The notes under the pieces are model-generated. The model ran no database searches. It was not told the origin of the DNA and worked only from the letters and a program-made list of their open reading frames with translations. Both the position numbers and the translations under genes were made by a program. From positions 4,554,431 through 4,618,430 of the forward strand of contig OZ244804.1 in the NCBI GenBank assembly GCA_965220065.1: a DNA stretch of 64,000 nt, written 5' to 3'. This DNA is from Candidatus Poribacteria bacterium (GTDB lineage Bacteria > Poribacteria > WGA-4E > WGA-3G). Of this stretch, positions 58,376-64,000 are shown in pieces (the stretch's first letter is position 1; each line of letters opens with the position of its first letter).

Positions 58376-58993
58376 ATGGTAGATCAGCGGATGTCTCAGA
58401 ACGAATTCGCAGCGTACATCGCTCAGAGGGTCAGGACAGGTTATTCGCGATCTCGGACACCACAATTGATCGCACTGAGCGGACCTGATTGTGCAGGAAA
58501 GTCGACGCTCGCTGTTGATGTGCGGGAGCAGTCGAATCGTCTCGGTTTAGATATAACCTTGCTCTCAATAGATGCGTTTCTAATTCCACACTCTCTCAGG
58601 ACATCGAATGCGTCTGAATCTATTGCGTACTTTGAGAATGCTTTCGATTACGCTGCGCTTGTGCAGACACTTGAAACCACCAAGAGCAGGTCATCTGCAG
58701 TTTCTTCAAACCCGCCGGAGATTGTTCTCGTTGAAGGTGTGTTCCTACTACGCAGTGAGTTTTGTCATTTATGGGACCTTACGATCTGGATAGACGTGGA
58801 TACTTCTGTAATTATGAATCGGGCAGTTAAGCGTGATAAGGAGTACTTTGGTGATGAAGAGACCGTGCGGCATGTTTACCAGAATCGGTGCCTTCCTGCA
58901 CAGGATTACCATATACGTCGAGATTTACCGAAGCAAAAGGCTGACGTCACCGCCACATTCGAGAAAGAGTTGTGGACTGTACACGCTTTATGA
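58376..58993 (+). CDS. P-loop nucleoside/nucleotide kinase (uridine kinase / phosphoribulokinase-like family).
   Basis: Walker A LSGPDCAGKSTLA. 205 aa. Family fold pattern. Confidence 0.6.
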   Translation: MVDQRMSQNEFAAYIAQRVRTGYSRSRTPQLIALSGPDCAGKSTLAVDVREQSNRLGLDITLLSIDAFLIPHSLRTSNASESIAYFENAFDYAALVQTLETTKSRSSAVSSNPPEIVLVEGVFLLRSEFCHLWDLTIWIDVDTSVIMNRAVKRDKEYFGDEETVRHVYQNRCLPAQDYHIRRDLPKQKADVTATFEKELWTVHAL

Positions 58994-59013
58994 GTGAAAG
59001 AGGATTGAGACAA

Positions 59014-60273
59014 TCAGAAATAGACACGAAATGAAGAAGAGAAAAGATTTGGATAACTGCCAAATTCCGATTGAAATTGCGTAGAATCGCCGTTCTTCGG
59101 TCGTTTTCCGATGCTGATGAAACCGCCGACGGAGAGATGAATATCCTCTGCGATGTTATAGGTAATCTGGGGTGCGATCCAGGTCGATGGGTCAGATAGA
59201 TTGAATAGAATTTGCCCACTAAAACTAATGAGCGGTGTCAGTTGATGGGTGAATCCGGGCGCAAGGTAGTGGACACCCAGCAAGTAAACACCGCCGCGGG
59301 TGTACGCCGGTTTATCTAAATTGGTAAGTAAATTTTCAGGTTTCTTCGTACCTGCTCCGTTGAAATGATATTCGATGAATGTGTAAGTCTCTCCACCGAA
59401 ACTATAGTCGAAACCAACAGAGGTACGTAGGTAATTATTCAAGGCATTGGAGTCGTTGTTAAATGGTTCGGTGAATACATAAGCCGTTTCCAGCCAAAAT
59501 CCGGCACCCCCTATACCGCGTGCTATATCGAAACCGACGAGTACATCTCTTTGAAATTCCAATAATAGAATTGAAAAGTCTGTTTCTACGGCATTCAATT
59601 GCGTTCGGAGGAAGACAGCACTTTTATCAAAATTAAATTTGTTGCCGAAAATGTATCCTGTATCTATTTCTCCCATGACGCCTATTGGGATACGGACCCG
59701 AATTGTATCTACACCCACCCGGTCTTCAGTATCAAGTTGATCGTAGGTGTAAGGAGCAATAATGTCGGTTGGGTTTATGATCCGTGCACTACCCCACGCG
59801 ATTGCGTCTCGACCGATGGAGAAATCGGCGAAATCTGTGCTAAACTGAACAGAAGCGCGATCAAGATTGTGGTAGATGCCGACACTGCCCACAGACGCAT
59901 CCTTTCTGGGGTAGATCGGTGAGTCCAGATCTGCAACTCGGTAGCGGGACGAAGCGATACCAACGGCAATCGGAGATTGGAAAAAGAGCAAAGGGTCTTG
60001 AACCCGTGGTGTAAAGTCGTAGGCGAAGTCAAATGAAAGTGAATCTGTGGCTGTATAAGAGAGGTTGAGACGGAGTCGGTTGACCACGACTCCCATCATT
60101 GATGTGTCTGGAAGCGGCGAATTGAATGCCGTGGAGAAGTTTTTGTAGTAACCACCGGCTTGGAATTCGGCATGGATGATGCCTACAAATGGTGTTGTCA
60201 TCAAATAGGTGATGAGCACGAGAACTTTTCTCATCAGGAACCTCTTAACCGACAACCGGTAACTGATAACCAT
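59014..60273 (-). CDS. Hypothetical outer-membrane beta-barrel protein, translationally coupled to the upstream ABC ATPase.
   Basis: Start ATG overlaps the TAA of gene 60273..60965 by 1 nt. Signal-like VLVLITYLMTTPFVGIIHA. C-terminal ...SFRVYF aromatic terminus. Alternative start MRKVLVL at 60234. Confidence 0.5.
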   Translation of the reverse strand: MVISYRLSVKRFLMRKVLVLITYLMTTPFVGIIHAEFQAGGYYKNFSTAFNSPLPDTSMMGVVVNRLRLNLSYTATDSLSFDFAYDFTPRVQDPLLFFQSPIAVGIASSRYRVADLDSPIYPRKDASVGSVGIYHNLDRASVQFSTDFADFSIGRDAIAWGSARIINPTDIIAPYTYDQLDTEDRVGVDTIRVRIPIGVMGEIDTGYIFGNKFNFDKSAVFLRTQLNAVETDFSILLLEFQRDVLVGFDIARGIGGAGFWLETAYVFTEPFNNDSNALNNYLRTSVGFDYSFGGETYTFIEYHFNGAGTKKPENLLTNLDKPAYTRGGVYLLGVHYLAPGFTHQLTPLISFSGQILFNLSDPSTWIAPQITYNIAEDIHLSVGGFISIGKRPKNGDSTQFQSEFGSYPNLFSSSFRVYF

Positions 60274-60965
60274 TACTTCGTTTCATCGCTGTCTATTTGT
60301 CCGTCGCGAAGCGTAATCAGACGTTGGGCACTCTCCATCACCATCGGATCATGGGTTGAGAATATGAACGTCATACCGGTTTCGGCGTTAAGGCGATGCA
60401 TCATTTCGAGTAGGTCGGCACCTGTTTTCGAGTCGAGGTTCGCGGTCGGCTCATCGGCAAGGATGATTGTAGGTTCAGAGACCATAGCCCGCGCGATAGC
60501 AACACGTTGCTGCTGCCCACCTGAAAGTTGCGTCGGTTTCCGGTTGGCAACACCCTCTAATCCGACTGCCTTGAGCATTGCGATAACCCGATCGTGCCGT
60601 TCTGTTTTCGGGACACCTGCCAAGAGCATTATATACTCAACGTTTTCTTCGACTGACAGGACAGGAATCAGGTTGTAAGCCTGAAAGATGAACCCGATAT
60701 TATCCCGTCGAAAGTCGGAGAGTTCGTTGCCGCTCATCTCTGATAGCACCTTGCTGGCAAGCCACACTTTTCCTGCTGTGGGACTGTCCAACCCAGAGAT
60801 GATGTTGAGAAAGGTCGTTTTGCCCGAACCAGAGGGACCTACCACTGCCGTGAATTCTCCCGATTGGATGGTTAAATCGATCCCGTTAAGAGCGTTGACG
60901 GGGATTCCATCTGCCGCATACACCTTTGTTACACCTTCTGTGACGATAACATCTGTCTTCTGCAT
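60273..60965 (-). CDS. ABC transporter ATP-binding protein (LolD/MacB-type).
   Basis: Walker A GPSGSGKTT. Signature LSGGQQQRVAIARA. Walker B ILADEPT. 230 aa. Confidence 0.9.
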   Translation of the reverse strand: MQKTDVIVTEGVTKVYAADGIPVNALNGIDLTIQSGEFTAVVGPSGSGKTTFLNIISGLDSPTAGKVWLASKVLSEMSGNELSDFRRDNIGFIFQAYNLIPVLSVEENVEYIMLLAGVPKTERHDRVIAMLKAVGLEGVANRKPTQLSGGQQQRVAIARAMVSEPTIILADEPTANLDSKTGADLLEMMHRLNAETGMTFIFSTHDPMVMESAQRLITLRDGQIDSDETK

Positions 60966-61160
60966 TTTTTAATTATTCCTTGCGGTTCGGTCAGGTGGGT
61001 TTGATACATAAAGTGTCTTTCCGTATATCCGTTCTCCATTTCATTACGAACTATGTGCTCTGGTTTACCCAAGACAGCGGTTTCCTGCAACAACGGCGCA
61101 GGCGAATTTGATAAACGTGCTTCAAAGTTCAAACGCATGTTATTACTCCACAAGGTAAAA

Positions 61161-62390
61161 TTAAAAGCTTCGGCGCATTGCGTCTACAGGCGCCATTTTC
61201 GCTACGTACCGAGCCGGATACAGCCCAGCAATGATGGTAGAAATAAAAACCCATATAGGATAAATGATGAACTGTTGAATCTCCAGTACCGGATAGATGA
61301 ACTCCTGCATCGTCACGCCCATCATTTCGATGCCGGTATAATCAATACCGATATGTGCGAGTACTGCTGTCAGAACGAAACCGAGTATTGCTCCCAGCCC
61401 AATACTCACGATCGCCAAGGCACCCGCCTCAAATAGGATAACCCGCGCCATCCCGAAAGGACGGGTTCCGACAGCGCGTAACACGCCAAACTCGAACATC
61501 CGTTCATACAACGACATGAAAAGCGTATTGATAATTCCAAAGATAACCACTCCGAACAGTATAACGCCCATGATGTATTTAGTATATTTCGTCATTTCTA
61601 ACACGACGGTCAGTTGTGACATCAGTTCTGTCCAGCTTAATGCTTCGTTACCGTGCTCGGAATAGGTATCCCAAAAGGATAGTGTCGTATCCTGAGAGTA
61701 GGCGATGGAAGTGAATTTAATCGCGATTTCATGGACATCATTGCCGATAGCAAGCATCTCTTGCGATTTTTCGATCCGGACGAATGCCATGCCGCTGTTC
61801 ATCGCTTCGTCGGCAAAGTGATAGATACCCGAAATGCGGAACATCTCTTGGGAAAGTTCTCCAGTCCCAGCCTGTGCTACCGTCACGACCACGCGGTCCC
61901 CAAGCCCGATTTCTAAGATTTCGGCGAGTTTTGCACCGATGACAATATCGCGGCTATTATCGCCTTCAAAATAGACGCCTTCCGTTATCGCATCATCAAT
62001 CAGGGACAAGAATTTCTCTGTCGGCGGATGAACACCGACGAGGTGAATCGCGCTGACATTCGCTGGAGACGTAATCATACCCGAAACGAGCACTCTTTGC
62101 GTAAAATGCTGGACGATGGTTTCTTCAGCAAGACTCGCGGTCACCGCATCGAGTGCCTGAATCGTCATAGAGGCTTCCTGTTCGTCTCGGAATCCTTCAC
62201 GATGAATCTGCGCATCGCCGAGGAAAGAAGCGGTTGCTGTCCGAATCATCGTCTCTTCCATTCCTATCATGAAGGCATCAATAAAAATAAGAGCAGTCAG
62301 ACCGATACCGATCGCTGTCGCGGCGATAATCGTGCGACGTTTATTCCGAAAGATATTCCGCCAAGCTAATTTTGCTAAAATCAGGAACAT
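61161..62390 (-). CDS. ABC transporter permease, FtsX-like (LolC/LolE/MacB family).
   Basis: 409 aa. N-terminal TM, then large periplasmic domain, then 3 C-terminal TM helices, with the FtsX-type motif around RYVAKMAPVDAMR. Confidence 0.8.
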   Translation of the reverse strand: MFLILAKLAWRNIFRNKRRTIIAATAIGIGLTALIFIDAFMIGMEETMIRTATASFLGDAQIHREGFRDEQEASMTIQALDAVTASLAEETIVQHFTQRVLVSGMITSPANVSAIHLVGVHPPTEKFLSLIDDAITEGVYFEGDNSRDIVIGAKLAEILEIGLGDRVVVTVAQAGTGELSQEMFRISGIYHFADEAMNSGMAFVRIEKSQEMLAIGNDVHEIAIKFTSIAYSQDTTLSFWDTYSEHGNEALSWTELMSQLTVVLEMTKYTKYIMGVILFGVVIFGIINTLFMSLYERMFEFGVLRAVGTRPFGMARVILFEAGALAIVSIGLGAILGFVLTAVLAHIGIDYTGIEMMGVTMQEFIYPVLEIQQFIIYPIWVFISTIIAGLYPARYVAKMAPVDAMRRSF

Positions 62391-62540
62391 TTTTCTAATT
62401 TTCCTTGCGATTCGATCAGGTCAATTAAAGGTTGAGAGTGTTTTCCCGTAGATCCGCTTTCCACTTCGTTCCAAGCTGCGCGCTTTTGAAAAAGGGTTGT
62501 GATATACCTAATGCCTTTTTGCTGACTGCTGAAAGCCGTA

Positions 62541-63755
62541 CTAATGTGTCCGCATCGCTTTTGCAGGCATAATTCGAGCGGCTTTTATCGCAGGAAATAG
62601 ACTGACGACCGCCGCTGATAACATAACGGTGATCGCTGGAATCATCAGACATCGGACGTTGACTTCAGCATATAACGTCTTGAATTTCATACCACCGTAA
62701 CTAATTTCCTCGGGATATGTAATGCCGTATATAGATAGCAAATAATTGACGAAGACGCCGAGCAGGACACCAACACAGATGCTGCCAAGTGCTATAACCA
62801 CCACTTCGCAGATGACGAGCCAAAAGATTTGCGTTGGTTTCGTCCCGACTGCCTTCAATACACCGTATTCACGCGTTCGTTCGAGTACCGACATGAGCAC
62901 CGTATTCAGTACCCCAATAGCCACAATGAGCATAATCACCCAGCGTGCGATCGCATCTCCCTGTTGATCGGCTTTCATAGCGCGATAAAAGGATTTGGCG
63001 ATCACTTGCCACGGAGCGACATCAAGGGTCGGATCGTTGAGACTCGCTTCGATGGCGTTCCTAACTTTGTCCACCTGATTGATATTTGAGACAATTACAA
63101 CGATTTCGTGGGCACGTCCCTGAAGTACAAACAATTCCTGAGCATCTTCAATGTGTAAATAACATGCCGTTCGATCTGTTGAATCGTCGCCACTCTCTGT
63201 GATCCCAACAATTGTATACACGTCATTCGCAAGTGAACCATCGGCACCCTGTGAAAAAATCACAATCGCACTCCCGACCTCCGCTGAAAGAATCTTCGCC
63301 AAACCTTTCCCAATAACCGCTTCATGCGAAGCGATTTCCGCGAATACCTTGCCGTCAATTACTTTGTTATCAAATCGAGTCGCTTGGATCTCTCGTGCTA
63401 CGTCGATGCCAACGATTTGTACAGCCGTGCTCTTTTCACCAACTGAACCGAGTCCAGCGGCGTACACTCGCGGTGTCCACGCCGCAACGCCCGCAGTACT
63501 CTGAATCGTCTCACCGATAGTGGCATAGCCATCGATCGTCTCGTAGAGCGACGGCTTCTCAAGGTACCCAGCGCGGTGCACCTGAATATGCCCCGTGCGA
63601 TTTCGTGTGAACATTTCGATAATACCGCCATACGCTCCATCAGACAATCCGATGGTTAACGACAGGAGCGTAAAACCGACAATCATTGCGAGGGCAGTGA
63701 GAATTGTCCGCCGCTTTTGGCGGAAGATGTTACGAAACGCAATTTTAAATATCAT
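62541..63755 (-). CDS. ABC transporter permease, FtsX-like (second permease of a LolCDE-like set).
   Basis: 404 aa. Same topology as 61161..62390. AARIMPAKAMR C-terminal motif. Confidence 0.8.
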   Translation of the reverse strand: MIFKIAFRNIFRQKRRTILTALAMIVGFTLLSLTIGLSDGAYGGIIEMFTRNRTGHIQVHRAGYLEKPSLYETIDGYATIGETIQSTAGVAAWTPRVYAAGLGSVGEKSTAVQIVGIDVAREIQATRFDNKVIDGKVFAEIASHEAVIGKGLAKILSAEVGSAIVIFSQGADGSLANDVYTIVGITESGDDSTDRTACYLHIEDAQELFVLQGRAHEIVVIVSNINQVDKVRNAIEASLNDPTLDVAPWQVIAKSFYRAMKADQQGDAIARWVIMLIVAIGVLNTVLMSVLERTREYGVLKAVGTKPTQIFWLVICEVVVIALGSICVGVLLGVFVNYLLSIYGITYPEEISYGGMKFKTLYAEVNVRCLMIPAITVMLSAAVVSLFPAIKAARIMPAKAMRTH

Positions 63756-64000
63756 GAGTTAGTGTGCATAGTAGTAGGCACACGCCGTGTGCCGTAACTC
63801 GCTTGCTGTATAATCTATCTTCTTCTCTGAAGGTTGCGACGGGTGAAGATTTTGTCGTCAACATCTGAATCAAACGTAGCGTTTGTCCATCGAACGACCG
63901 TCTTGTGTCCCTCTTTGTTTTGGGGGATCATTTCCATCACAGAAGGAACGGTTTTGCCACTGAAGGTTCTAATTTCTTTGAGATTCATAACCCGCATCAG

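Noticed and set aside
63815-63997. 60-aa ORF at the window end.
   Set aside because: Short, no RBS or motif, and adjacent to the window edge.

Overview
64 kb of bacterial chromosome at roughly 50% GC, coding almost wall to wall. Most intergenic regions are under 300 bp. The domain content (LRR, cohesin/dockerin, YWTD propeller, Planctomycete-type cytochrome c domain, T9SS C-terminal sorting domains) resembles an uncultured, host-associated lineage such as Poribacteria/PVC/FCB. That placement is inference only.

The left 24.4 kb (1..24425) is one same-strand array of modular paralogs, all on the minus strand:
- Three giant secreted proteins (PSCyt cytochrome + LRR + cohesin + dockerin + T9SS CTD), one cut by the window edge.
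- Two LRR + glycoside-hydrolase-like (GHL) proteins with dockerin tails.
- One LRR + GHL + YWTD + T9SS-CTD protein.
- Two single-polypeptide ECF sigma-70 / transmembrane / GHL-ectodomain fusions.

Untranslated fossils of dockerin and GHL 3' ends sit behind several of these genes and record sorting-module swapping. This array is the best candidate in the window for an undescribed surface-complex plus signalling system.

The rest of the window contains:
- A sugar-phosphate isomerase/epimerase cluster flanked by two copies of a roughly 235 bp MITE-like nested inverted-repeat element.
- A solo IS200/IS605-type tnpB (OMEGA nuclease) element with structured ends.
- An AT-rich type II R-M pair.
- uxuA, dtd, and several outer-membrane and lipoprotein genes.
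- A glycogen cluster (glgC, glgP, GT3-type glycogen synthase, and a frameshifted glgB) with hisB embedded.
- Two tandem sensor-less sigma-54 activators with a GAFTSA motif.
- A LolCDE/MacB-like ABC transporter.

Recurrent small palindromic promoter-region motifs and a conserved roughly 22-nt start-codon-proximal leader are also present. No rRNA, tRNA or CRISPR array was found.
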